Shown here in pieces: positions 1 to 8,036 of a stretch of 35,119 nt of DNA. Numbering within the stretch: position 1 is the stretch's first letter; every line of letters begins with the position of its first letter. The DNA is taken from positions 1 to 35,119 of the forward strand of contig QHUD01000101.1 in assembly GCA_003221085.1 (NCBI GenBank). The letters run 5' to 3'. The translations under genes were made by a program, and so were the position numbers. Source of the DNA: Gemmatimonadota bacterium (GTDB lineage Bacteria; Gemmatimonadota; Gemmatimonadetes; Gemmatimonadales; GWC2-71-9). Below the pieces are notes generated by a model, which was given only the letters and a program-made list of their open reading frames with translations, did no database searches and had not been told where the DNA came from.

Positions 1-1
1 C

Positions 2-265
2 AAGGCGCTCGTGGTCGAGCTAGTCGTGTTCGTCCTCTTCATCGCGTCCGTATGGCCGATCCGGCAGGTGTGGGTGAGCTTCTGGGGGCTGGTGCTGCTG
101 GTGGGGGTCGGACTCGGAATCCTCGCACCGCTCCGGCTGCACGCAACGGGACGCCCGATGGCCAGCGCCGCAAAGCTGGTGTTGCTCGGGGGCTTCCTGT
201 TGCGACTCGCCACGATATTCGCCTCCGAGGGAGTCGAGCACTATCGAGTGGCGGCAGGGATGTAG
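2..265 (+). CDS. C-terminal fragment (5' end outside the window) of a polytopic membrane protein, possibly an NrfD/PsrC-like subunit
   Basis: The frame is open from base 2, with no stop before the listed GTG at 11. The stop is TAG 263-265. The fragment has two hydrophobic helices and a tail ...LVLLGGFLLRLATIFASEG that resembles NrfD-family C-termini. It lies directly upstream of an FdhE-like gene. The family call rests on motif memory only. Confidence 0.4.
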   Translation, partial: KALVVELVVFVLFIASVWPIRQVWVSFWGLVLLVGVGLGILAPLRLHATGRPMASAAKLVLLGGFLLRLATIFASEGVEHYRVAAGM

Positions 266-266
266 G

Positions 267-497
267 ATGGCCACGACACGCGCCTGGTGGCTCACATTGA
301 TCCTGACCGGCCTCGCCGGCTGCGCCAGCCCGGAGGCCTCGCGCGTGCGGGGGGGCGGGCCCGGCGCCGATGTAGGCAACCACGGCGCCGTCACCGTATT
401 GCACCAGGGCGCGAGGATGTACTATCGAACGCCCTGCCGCACCGTGAAGGTGAAATGCTCTGGCCCAATGCCCGCATTCGGCACCCGCGGAACGTAG
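267..497 (+). CDS. small lipoprotein (76 aa), function unknown
   Basis: The ATG lies 1 nt after the upstream stop and is preceded by AGGGA (256-260). The N-terminus MATTRAWWLTLILTGLAG|C is a classic signal peptide plus lipobox. G/C-rich third positions persist to the stop. The 3' end overlaps the FdhE-like ORF by 43 nt, which lowers confidence. Confidence 0.5.
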   Translation: MATTRAWWLTLILTGLAGCASPEASRVRGGGPGADVGNHGAVTVLHQGARMYYRTPCRTVKVKCSGPMPAFGTRGT

Positions 498-1426
498 AGA
501 TCCAGAAGCAGGTAGCCGCGGTTCGCCGCGACAACCCCGAGTCCGCAGCGTGGCTCGGCCTCTTGGACGCGGCGCTGGGCGAGAGTGAAAACGGCGCTAT
601 GTGGGACGCCGCCGTGCCCACACCCGCGAGCGAGCGACCCATCAAGGCGCCAGTGTTGTCTCAGACCGAGATCACCATCGACGCGCGCGCGGCCCGGAGC
701 TGGGTCCGCCGCCTCCTGACGCTCATCCCCACCGTCAACCCGCGGCGCATCGACGGGCTGGCCCTGCTCGAAGCCGCCGTGTGCCACGACGACGTGCGTA
801 TCGACGCCCTGGCCGCCGCGGGCGGCGTGGAGCCGCACGCCCTTCGTGTCCTCGGACAGATGGCGGCTCTCCCGCTGCTCCAGGCGTGCGCCCGCGGCTT
901 GGCGAGCGCGTTGCCCGCCACCTGGTGGGAGGGCTACTGTCCGGTTTGCGGGGCGTGGCCCGTGGTGGCCGAGTACACCGGGCTCGAGCGCAAACGCCAG
1001 TTGCGCTGCGGGCGCTGCGGCACGGGATGGGCGATCCCGCTCCTGCGCTGCGTATTCTGTGATGAGACCGACCACGACAAGCTCGGCTACCTCACGCCCG
1101 AGGCGGGCGAGCAGACGCGCAAGATCGAGGTCTGCCACAGCTGCAAGGGGTACGTGAAGGGCTTCACGACGGTGCGCGCGCTCGCCCCGTGGGCAATTCT
1201 GCTCGACGATCTGACGACGGTCCCGCTGGACGTCGCGGCACTCGAGCGCGGATACCACAGGCCCCCCCGGCCCGGGTACGCGCTCGAGGCCAGCATCACG
1301 GAGCGGGGCCCTGTGGGAGGTTGGTGGAGGCTATGGAGGATGGTGGAGGTTGTGACGAAGCAACCTCCGCCAACCTCCACCAACCTCCAAAACCTCCGCC
1401 AACCTCCGCCAGGTGGCGCAGCGTGA
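455..1426 (+). CDS. fdhE: FdhE-like formate dehydrogenase accessory protein (four CxxC motifs)
   Basis: CPVCGAWP...CGRCGTGW...CVFCDE...CHSCKGY matches the rubredoxin-like FdhE core, and the N-terminal VAAVRRDNPESAAWLGLLDAAL resembles the FdhE N-domain. ATG 455 is the only canonical start that keeps this region. The upstream part of the listed ORF (287-454) is Arg/Pro-rich off-frame-like sequence. The last ~35 codons are encoded by a nucleotide-level repeat (see findings). Confidence 0.8.
   Translation: MLWPNARIRHPRNVEIQKQVAAVRRDNPESAAWLGLLDAALGESENGAMWDAAVPTPASERPIKAPVLSQTEITIDARAARSWVRRLLTLIPTVNPRRIDGLALLEAAVCHDDVRIDALAAAGGVEPHALRVLGQMAALPLLQACARGLASALPATWWEGYCPVCGAWPVVAEYTGLERKRQLRCGRCGTGWAIPLLRCVFCDETDHDKLGYLTPEAGEQTRKIEVCHSCKGYVKGFTTVRALAPWAILLDDLTTVPLDVAALERGYHRPPRPGYALEASITERGPVGGWWRLWRMVEVVTKQPPPTSTNLQNLRQPPPGGAA
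1313..1410. repeat. inverted array of a 9-10 bp unit (4x GGAGG-containing, then 5x CAACCTCCRC) forming a long imperfect hairpin
   Basis: GGAGG cores start at 1316, 1326, 1335 and 1345. The loop is TGACGAAG (1353-1360). CCTCC cores start at 1364, 1374, 1384, 1393 and 1403. Pairing by hand, 1335-1352 pairs with 1361-1378 with one mismatch and one G-U. Further paired blocks are 1325-1330/1384-1389 and 1316-1320/1393-1397. Confidence 0.75.
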
Positions 1427-1770
1427 ACGGCGACGCGCCGGCCCGTCCCGGCGAGATCTGCCGCGAGCTCCTCGCTACCATCGACGCGTCGGAGGGGCGA
1501 CGGCGCCGCCGCAGGCGCGACACGACCCCCGACGCGATCGGCCTGACGATCAAGCGGGACCTGCTCGAGCGAGCCATCGCGGCCGACCCTGAGCCCGACG
1601 AATTCGAGGCGTGGCTGCACGAGCAGTGCCTGGCCGCCGGCGGGAGCGAAGGTGGCGTGCGGGCTATGGCCCTGTCGATCTTCGAAGAGTGGCGCCTGGC
1701 CCACGACGCGGACGCGTTCCGCGAATGGCTGGCGCGTGGAGCACCGTCGGACGACGCACGTTCTGAGTGA
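1423..1770 (+). CDS. hypothetical protein (115 aa from the GTG; the alternative ATG 1333 gives 145 aa)
   Basis: GTG 1423 overlaps the fdhE stop (GTGA). Third positions are G/C-rich throughout. The product is acidic and helical-looking with an R7 run (EGRRRRRRRD). I recognise no family. Confidence 0.55.
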   Translation: MNGDAPARPGEICRELLATIDASEGRRRRRRRDTTPDAIGLTIKRDLLERAIAADPEPDEFEAWLHEQCLAAGGSEGGVRAMALSIFEEWRLAHDADAFREWLARGAPSDDARSE

Positions 1771-1805
1771 AGCATCCAACACCGGTCGCTTGCAAGGGGA
1801 AACCG

Positions 1806-2036
1806 ATGCACGTCGCGCTGCACATGCGGGTTGCGGTTCTCAGTGGCATGCTCCTCACGATAGTGGGTTGCGGTGGCGGCAACCGCGGGCGGGCATGGCC
1901 TCCCGCCGGTCCGCCCCCGGCGGTGGTGAAGGACCTCCAGGTGCCCGAGAACCCGTACCGCATCATCTACACCCCGCCCGTGGACCTGGCGAAGGCGCCG
2001 GACACGACGGCCCACGGGCGGAAGCCTCGGAGTTAG
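1806..2036 (+). CDS. small lipoprotein (76 aa), function unknown
   Basis: AAGGGGA (1794-1800) lies 5 nt upstream of ATG 1806. The N-terminus MHVALHMRVAVLSGMLLTIVG|CGGG is a signal peptide plus lipobox. The mature part is Pro-rich. Confidence 0.55.
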   Translation: MHVALHMRVAVLSGMLLTIVGCGGGNRGRAWPPAGPPPAVVKDLQVPENPYRIIYTPPVDLAKAPDTTAHGRKPRS

Positions 2037-2046
2037 CGCGGCGACG

Positions 2047-3099
2047 GTGGCTGGTATCGAAATCCGAAGCCTTCGTAAGCACTTCGGGGATCTCCACGCC
2101 GTCGACGGGGTCGACCTGTCGATCCGCGACGGGGAATTCCTCGTGCTGCTGGGCTCCTCCGGCTCTGGGAAGACGACCCTGCTGCGGATGATTGCCGGGC
2201 TCGAGCGACCCACGTCGGGCGAGATCCACATCGGCGACCAGCGCGTGGACGGCGACGTGCCCCCGCGGGCCCGCGGGATCGCCATGGTGTTCCAGAGCTA
2301 CGCTCTGTACCCGCACCGCACGGTGTTCCAGAACATCGCGTTCCCGCTCGAGGCGAGCCGGACGCCCCGGAAACAGATCGAGGAGAAGGTGCGGTGGGCC
2401 GCCGACATGTTCAGCATCACCCGCTACCTCGATCGCTACCCGCGTCAGCTGTCCGGCGGGGAGCGCCAGCGCGTCGCCCTGTGCCGCGCCTTGGTGCGGG
2501 ATCCCAAGGTCTTTCTGCTCGATGAGCCCCTGGCCAACCTCGACGCCAAGCTGCGCAACACCGCCCGGGACGACCTGAAGCGGTTCCAGCGCCAGATCCA
2601 GACCACCACGGTGTACGTGACGCACGACCAAGTGGAGGCGATGGGACTCGGCGATCGCATCGTGGTCATGGAGCGCGGAAAGGTGCGACAGATCGGAACC
2701 CCCCAGGAGGTGTATGAGGATCCGGTCGACACGTTCGTGGCGACGTTCGTCGGCCAACCGCCCATGAACCTGCTCGACACGGGCGACCCTTCCCTTCCCC
2801 CGCGCACGCTGACCGGCTTTCGCCCCGAGCATTTTCTCCCGAAGAGCGTCTTCGGGGCGGCCGAGGACCTGCGCACGTTTCGCTTCGCCGTGCGACGGGT
2901 GGAGTACCTGGGCTCCGATCGCTACGTGTACGGCTCGGTCGCCGGGAGCGGCGCGCCTGCAGCCGATGCCACGATCATCGCGAAGCTGCCCGCGACCATC
3001 GCCCTCGCTATTCCGGAAGGCGAGACCCACGAGTTCGCCGTGCCCCGGCGCGCGCTGCGGTACTTCGACCTCGACACGGGGTTGAGGCGCAAGACGTGA
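2047..3099 (+). CDS. ABC transporter ATP-binding protein, MalK/UgpC/MsiK-like carbohydrate type with a C-terminal regulatory domain
   Basis: Walker A is GSSGSGKTT, the Q-loop is VFQSYALYP, the signature is LSGGERQRVAL, Walker B is FLLDEPLANLD, and the H-loop is YVTHDQ. At 350 aa it is typical of the MalK family. Confidence 0.93.
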   Translation: MAGIEIRSLRKHFGDLHAVDGVDLSIRDGEFLVLLGSSGSGKTTLLRMIAGLERPTSGEIHIGDQRVDGDVPPRARGIAMVFQSYALYPHRTVFQNIAFPLEASRTPRKQIEEKVRWAADMFSITRYLDRYPRQLSGGERQRVALCRALVRDPKVFLLDEPLANLDAKLRNTARDDLKRFQRQIQTTTVYVTHDQVEAMGLGDRIVVMERGKVRQIGTPQEVYEDPVDTFVATFVGQPPMNLLDTGDPSLPPRTLTGFRPEHFLPKSVFGAAEDLRTFRFAVRRVEYLGSDRYVYGSVAGSGAPAADATIIAKLPATIALAIPEGETHEFAVPRRALRYFDLDTGLRRKT

Positions 3100-4010
3100 C
3101 GTCCCCTCCCCCGCCCCGGCGGACGTTCGCCGACCGCGAGGATCTCCTGGGCGCGGTGATGCTCGGCCCGGCCCTCGCCTATGTGATCCTGCTGGTCGGC
3201 GTCCCGTTCGCGTTCGCGATCGCACTCGGCTTCAGCAATGCGACCGCCGGGAGCCTCAGCTTCGGGTGGGTCGGCCTCAGCAACTACGTCGCGATTCTCG
3301 GCGATCCGATCTTCTTACGGGCCCTCCGCAACAGCGTGGTCGTGACCGTCGGCTCCCAGGTCCTCGTGGTCGTGCTCGCGACCGCCGCGGCCCAGGTGTT
3401 CCGCGCCACGTTTCGGGGGAAGCGTTTCGCGCGGTTCGTACTGCTTTTGCCGTGGGCCGTGCCGGTGTCGCTCGCGGCGATTGCCTGGACGTGGATCTTC
3501 GATTCTACGTTCAGCGTGATCAACTGGACGCTCAAGGCCGCGGGCCTGTTGCACGGCTGGCTGTACTGGCTGGGCGACCCTGCACTCGCACTGCTCGCCA
3601 TCATCATCGTGCAGGCGTGGCGCATTTTCCCCTTCGCCACCGTGATCGTGCTGGCGGGTTTGTCGTCCATCCCGCAGGAGATCGTCGAGGCGGCGATCGT
3701 GGACGGCGCCGGGTTCTGGCGGCGGTTGTTCCGAGTGGAGTTGCCGCTCCTCTTGCCGGTCGTGGCCGTGGCGGTGCTGTTCGGCGTGGTGTACACGGCG
3801 ACCGACCTGGGCGTCGTCTACATCCTCACGGGCGGCGGGCCGGCCAACACGACGCACGTGTTGCCCACGCTTGCCTTCCAACGGGGCATCCTGGGCGCCG
3901 ACCTGGGACAGGGCGCGGCGATCGCCGTGTTCCTCCTCCCCTTCCTGATCGTCGTCGCCATCGGAATGCTGCGGCTGGCTCATCGCACCGAAGTGGGGGG
4001 GGCGCGATGA
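3096..4010 (+). CDS. ABC transporter permease (MalF/UgpA-like)
   Basis: The start overlaps the ATPase stop (GTGA). The protein has six hydrophobic segments and the EAA loop EAAIVDGAGFWRRLFRVELPLL. Confidence 0.9.
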   Translation: MTSPPPPRRTFADREDLLGAVMLGPALAYVILLVGVPFAFAIALGFSNATAGSLSFGWVGLSNYVAILGDPIFLRALRNSVVVTVGSQVLVVVLATAAAQVFRATFRGKRFARFVLLLPWAVPVSLAAIAWTWIFDSTFSVINWTLKAAGLLHGWLYWLGDPALALLAIIIVQAWRIFPFATVIVLAGLSSIPQEIVEAAIVDGAGFWRRLFRVELPLLLPVVAVAVLFGVVYTATDLGVVYILTGGGPANTTHVLPTLAFQRGILGADLGQGAAIAVFLLPFLIVVAIGMLRLAHRTEVGGAR

Positions 4011-4843
4011 AGCGCGTGGCGCTGTACGCCGCGGCGCTGGGCATCATCGCCTTCGCCGGGTTCCCGTTCTACTGGATGCTCATCACCGCGTTCAAGCAGA
4101 ACCGGGACCTATACGTGGGCGCGTCCGATCTGAGCCACATCCCCTGGATCTTCAACGACCCGCCCACGCTCGATCACGTGAAGCTGCTCTTCGGCCAAAC
4201 GGATTTCCCGCGCTGGGTCCTGAATACCCTCGTGGTCGTTGTCGCCGTTGGCGTGATCACCGTGGCGGTGGCCGTGCCGGCGGGTTACAGCCTGGCCCGG
4301 CTGGTGGGCCGCTGGGGCGAGCGGATGGGGATCGGAATTTTCTTCACCTACCTCATCCCACCGACGCTGCTGTTCGTGCCATTCTCACGGCTCATCTCTC
4401 TCCTCGGTCTGCAGGATTCACTGGGGGCGCTGATCCTGATCTATCCGACGATGACCATTCCATTTTGCACCTGGCTGGTGATGGGTTTTCTGCGGTCGGT
4501 CCCCTGGGAGATCGAGGAGCAGGCGATGATCGACGGGTACAGCCGCCTGGAGGTGATCCTGAAAGTGGCGCCGCGACTGATCGTTCCGGGGATCTTGACG
4601 GTCGTCGTGTTCAGCTTCACGCTGGTACTACAGGAATTCGTGTACGCCCTGACGTTCATCAGCTCGGTGAACAAGATGACCGTGAGTCTGGGAGTGCCCA
4701 TCGCGCTGGTGCGGGGGGACGTGTACCACTGGGGGGCGCTCATGGCGGCAGCGCTGTTCACGAGCATCCCGCTGGCGATTGTCTACAACGCGTTTATCGA
4801 CCGCTTCATCCAGGGCTTCACCATGGGAGCGGTGAAGGGATAG
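4007..4843 (+). CDS. ABC transporter permease (MalG/UgpE-like)
   Basis: The start overlaps the upstream stop (ATGA). The N-terminus MKRVALYAAALGIIAFAGFPFYWMLITAFK is typical of the family, and the EAA loop is EEQAMIDGYSRLEVILKVAPRL. The longer listed ORF from 3266 is an out-of-frame extension over the previous gene. Confidence 0.9.
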   Translation: MKRVALYAAALGIIAFAGFPFYWMLITAFKQNRDLYVGASDLSHIPWIFNDPPTLDHVKLLFGQTDFPRWVLNTLVVVVAVGVITVAVAVPAGYSLARLVGRWGERMGIGIFFTYLIPPTLLFVPFSRLISLLGLQDSLGALILIYPTMTIPFCTWLVMGFLRSVPWEIEEQAMIDGYSRLEVILKVAPRLIVPGILTVVVFSFTLVLQEFVYALTFISSVNKMTVSLGVPIALVRGDVYHWGALMAAALFTSIPLAIVYNAFIDRFIQGFTMGAVKG

Positions 4844-4880
4844 TCGACGCGGTACGCACCTTTTTTACGGAGGGGGTGTC

Positions 4881-6034
4881 ATGCGAACGCGAATCCACTT
4901 GTTGCCTGTACTCGCCATCGGAGCGGCCGTGATGCTGGGAGGGGCGCGGGCCGTCTCAGCGCAGCAGGTAGTAAAGCTGGGGGAGGGCGAGACGCTCACG
5001 ATAAGCGGCTTTATCAACGCGACCCTGTTTAACGACCGTGGGCTGTTTAGCTCGTTCGGGCAGGGGCAGAATGCCGAGATTGCCGCCGCGCCCGCGAACC
5101 AGCCGGGCGTCAATCAGGGGATCTTCGACGGCGACGTCCGGAACACCCGCCTGAACTTCACCTTCAACGCCCCGGCGGTGCTCGGGAAGTGGGCCCCACG
5201 AGCCACGATCGAGGCCGACTTCACCTCTCGAACGGCCGCACCACTCTCCGCATCGGACAGTATTGGGCGCCGCTGTTCGGCGAAACCGCCGCGTTCATTC
5301 CCGTCTCGTTGACGCACATAGCCTTTCCGGTGGGTCTTGGCGCGAGCATGATCGGGTGGCGGTTCCCGGGCGTCTTTCTCTTTCACGACCTGACACCCAC
5401 CAGCCCGCTCAAGCTCCAGCTCGAGGTTGCGGCCCTGAAGGGCTCGGGGGTCGCTGCCTCGGGCAGGGACACGGCCAACGTCATCGGCAGCGGGGAGGCG
5501 TCGGGGTTGCCGCAGGTCGAGACACGGCTCAACGCGGCGAGAAAATTCGGCACTGCGAGCTGGAGCGGCTTCGTCGCGTATCACCTCGACTGGAAGGACC
5601 CGAACGGCACCGGTGTCCCTGGGTCGAAAATCACGAACTGGGGAGTCGAGACAGGCCAGTACATCGCCGTCAGCAGTTTCACCCTGCACGGCAGCTTCTA
5701 CTACGGGAAGGGGCTGGGATCGCAGTTCGGCATGATCACGCAGTTTCAGCCGCAGATTCGAGGCTGGGGCGCGTGGGCCCAGGCGGGCTACGACTTCACG
5801 TCCCACTGGAGCGTTTGGGCCGACTACGGCTTGGACCAGCCGGACTACAAGCGGTACAATACCGAGACGGGCCTGACCCTCCTGCGTCAGTTGAGCCACA
5901 CCGGCTCGGCGCTGCTGCGGTTCCGCGCCGGGCGCTATGCCGCCGGCTTGGAGTATTTCCGGAACGTGACCCGGTGGAGCACCGGCGTCACCAGCGCTGA
6001 TCAGTTCGCGCTCAGCGCGCTGTACACGCTCTGA
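4881..6034 (+). pseudogene. porin-like outer-membrane beta-barrel gene interrupted by a frameshift near 5217-5235
   Basis: GGAGGGGG lies upstream of ATG 4881. The signal peptide is MRTRIHLLPVLAIGAAVMLGGARAVSA|QQ. Alternating-hydrophobic strands run to ...WAPRATIEADF, after which this frame degenerates (TSRTAAPLSASDSIGRRCSAKPP, stop at 5312). Barrel-like sequence resumes in another frame (...TLRIGQYWAPLFGE ... FALSALYTL, stop 6034). The two halves sum to ~384 codons, a normal porin size. Confidence 0.6.
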
Positions 6035-6047
6035 GGAGACCGGGCTC

Positions 6048-6074
6048 GCAGCGGAGCGAATCGCGCTCCGCTGC
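6048..6074 (+). terminator. GC-rich hairpin downstream of the porin-like gene
   Basis: GCAGCGGAGCG (6048-6058) and CGCTCCGCTGC (6064-6074) are perfect complements around the loop AATCG. No U-tract follows, so the function is uncertain. Confidence 0.45.
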
Positions 6075-6090
6075 CAGCCCCGGTAGCGGT

Positions 6091-8022
6091 ATGGACATCG
6101 CCTGGCGTCCGACCGAGCGGTATCTCGCCCGCAGCCGGCTGCGGCGCTTCGCCGAGGAGCACGGCCACCGCGACTTCGGGTCACTGTATCGCTGGTCGGT
6201 CGAAGATCTCGATGGCTTCTGGCGCGCCGTCGACCGCGATCTCGGGCTCGTGTGGCAGGCGCCGTACGAGCGTGTGCTCGACTCGTCGCGCGGCGTCCCC
6301 TGGACCACGTGGTGGGTGGGCGGCCGCCTGAACTACGTCGCCACGGCCCTGCGCCACGATCCGTCCCGGACCGCGCTCGTCTTTGAGGGTGAGGACGGCA
6401 CGACCCGCCGGCTTACCTACGGTGACCTCGCGTCGGCGGTGCGGCGGTTCGCGGCTGGCCTGCGCGCGCTCGGCGTCCGTGCCGGAGACCGAGTGGGCAT
6501 CTTCCTTCCGATGATCCCCGAATGCGCGATCGCGACGCTCGCCGTCTCGGCGATCGGCGCGATCTACACCCCGATCTTCTCGGGCTACGCCGCGGAGGCG
6601 GTCGCGGGTCGGCTGCGCGACTGCGAGGCGAGCGTGCTCATCACCGCCGACGGTTTCCGCCGGCGCGGTCAGATGGTGCGCATGAAGGAGACGGCCGATG
6701 CCGCCGCCGACGGAGCAAGCGTGCGCGCGGTGATCGTTGTCAGGCGGCTCGGCTGCGAGGTGCGCCTGGGCGCGCGCGACGTGTGGTGGGATGACGTCGC
6801 CGCGAGCGGCGGCGGCGGAGACGACACGTTCGCCGACGTGCCGGCGGAGCAGCCGTACATGATCATCTACACGTCCGGCACCACCGGCCGCCCGAAGGGC
6901 GCCGTGCACGTGCACGGCGGCTTCCCCGTGAAAGCGGCGCAGGACCTGGCGCACTGCTTCGACCTGCAGCCGCGCGATCTCATGTGGTGGTTCACCGATC
7001 TCGGCTGGATGATGGGGCCCTGGCTCATCGCCGGCGGGTTGATCCTCGGCGCGTCCATCCTGCTGTACGACGGCGCGCCAGATTTCCCCGATGCGGGCCG
7101 CGTCTGGTCGATCGTGGAGCGACATCGCGTGACCCACCTCGGGATCTCGCCCACGGCGATCCGCGGGCTGATGCGCGCCGGGGAGGAGCCGGTGCGCGCG
7201 CACGACCGCTCGTCGCTGTTGGTGCTCGGCTCGACCGGCGAGCCCTGGAATCCCGAGCCGTGGTGGTGGTACTTCGGCGTCGCGGGCGAGCGGCGCGCGC
7301 CGCTCGTGAATTACTCCGGCGGGACCGAGGTGTCCGGCGGCCTGCTCGGCTGTACGACCTGGACGCCGATCAAGCCAACGTCGTTCTCCGGCCCCGTGCC
7401 CGGCATCGCCGGGGATGTGGTCGACGAGACGGGTCGCCCGGTGCGCGGCGCGGTGGGCGAGCTCGTTGTCCGGAAGCCGTGGCCGGGGATGACGCGCGGT
7501 TTCTGGCACGCGCCCGAGCACTACCTGGCGACGTACTGGCGCCGCTTCCCCGACGTCTGGGTCCACGGCGACTGGGCCCGGATCGACGCCGACGGGTTCT
7601 GGTACATCGACGGCAGGAGCGACGACACGTTGAAGGTAGCCGGAAAGCGGGTAGGTCCCGCAGAGGTCGAGTCGGCGGCCACAGCGCACCCGGCGGTGCT
7701 CGAGGCCGCGGCGATCGGCGTCCCGCACGAGCTCAAAGGCGAGGTGGTAATCGTGTTCGCTGTGCTGCGCCCCGGCCGCGAGTCATCGGACGCCCTGGCG
7801 CGCGAAATCGCGGACAAGGTCATGGAGCTGCTCGGCCGGCCGCTGCGCCCCGACGCGGTGCGCTTCGTGGCCGACCTGCCGAAGACGCGGAACGCCAAGG
7901 TCCTCCGCCGGGTGATTCGCGCCGCGTACCTCGGCAACGCCGATCTCGGGGATCTGTCGGCGCTCGAGAACCCCGCGGCGGTGGATCGGATCAGGGAGCT
8001 CGTTTCGGAAAACGTGTCCTGA
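6091..8022 (+). CDS. AMP-forming acyl-CoA synthetase of the acetyl-/acetoacetyl-CoA synthetase (Acs-like) family
   Basis: AMP-binding motif YTSGTTGRPKG. Acs-like blocks WWFTDLGWMMGPW, SPTAIRGLM, GSTGEPWNPEPWWWY and DGFWYIDGRSDDTLKVAGKRVGPAEVE. The length is 643 aa. Substrate specificity cannot be read from the sequence alone. Confidence 0.88.
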   Translation: MDIAWRPTERYLARSRLRRFAEEHGHRDFGSLYRWSVEDLDGFWRAVDRDLGLVWQAPYERVLDSSRGVPWTTWWVGGRLNYVATALRHDPSRTALVFEGEDGTTRRLTYGDLASAVRRFAAGLRALGVRAGDRVGIFLPMIPECAIATLAVSAIGAIYTPIFSGYAAEAVAGRLRDCEASVLITADGFRRRGQMVRMKETADAAADGASVRAVIVVRRLGCEVRLGARDVWWDDVAASGGGGDDTFADVPAEQPYMIIYTSGTTGRPKGAVHVHGGFPVKAAQDLAHCFDLQPRDLMWWFTDLGWMMGPWLIAGGLILGASILLYDGAPDFPDAGRVWSIVERHRVTHLGISPTAIRGLMRAGEEPVRAHDRSSLLVLGSTGEPWNPEPWWWYFGVAGERRAPLVNYSGGTEVSGGLLGCTTWTPIKPTSFSGPVPGIAGDVVDETGRPVRGAVGELVVRKPWPGMTRGFWHAPEHYLATYWRRFPDVWVHGDWARIDADGFWYIDGRSDDTLKVAGKRVGPAEVESAATAHPAVLEAAAIGVPHELKGEVVIVFAVLRPGRESSDALAREIADKVMELLGRPLRPDAVRFVADLPKTRNAKVLRRVIRAAYLGNADLGDLSALENPAAVDRIRELVSENVS

Positions 8023-8036
8023 GGGGAGACCCGCAC

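Noticed and set aside
287-454. Upstream extension of the FdhE-like ORF
   Set aside because: The translation RPRRLRQPGGLARAGGRARRRCRQPRRRHR is off-frame-like, and this stretch is better explained by the lipoprotein frame.
1296-2285. 329-aa minus-strand ORF spanning the small-gene region
   Set aside because: The composition is Ser/Arg/Pro-rich and low in complexity, and part of it is simply the antisense of the ATPase Walker A region. The plus-strand ORFs have SDs, lipoboxes and start/stop coupling.
1963-3225. 420-aa minus-strand ORF
   Set aside because: It is antisense to the ABC ATPase gene. The product is Arg/Pro/Gly-rich with no motifs, as expected for the open antisense frames that are common in very GC-rich DNA. 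The plus-strand gene has complete Walker and signature motifs.
4851-4866. T6 run preceded by GCGGTACGC upstream of the porin-like gene (possible terminator of the ABC operon)
   Set aside because: The only stem available is 3 bp (GCG/CGC), too weak to call a terminator. The T-run may simply be part of the porin promoter or UP region.
6181-7728. 515-aa minus-strand ORF
   Set aside because: It is antisense to the Acs-like gene, has an Arg/Pro/His-rich composition, and shows no recognisable domain.
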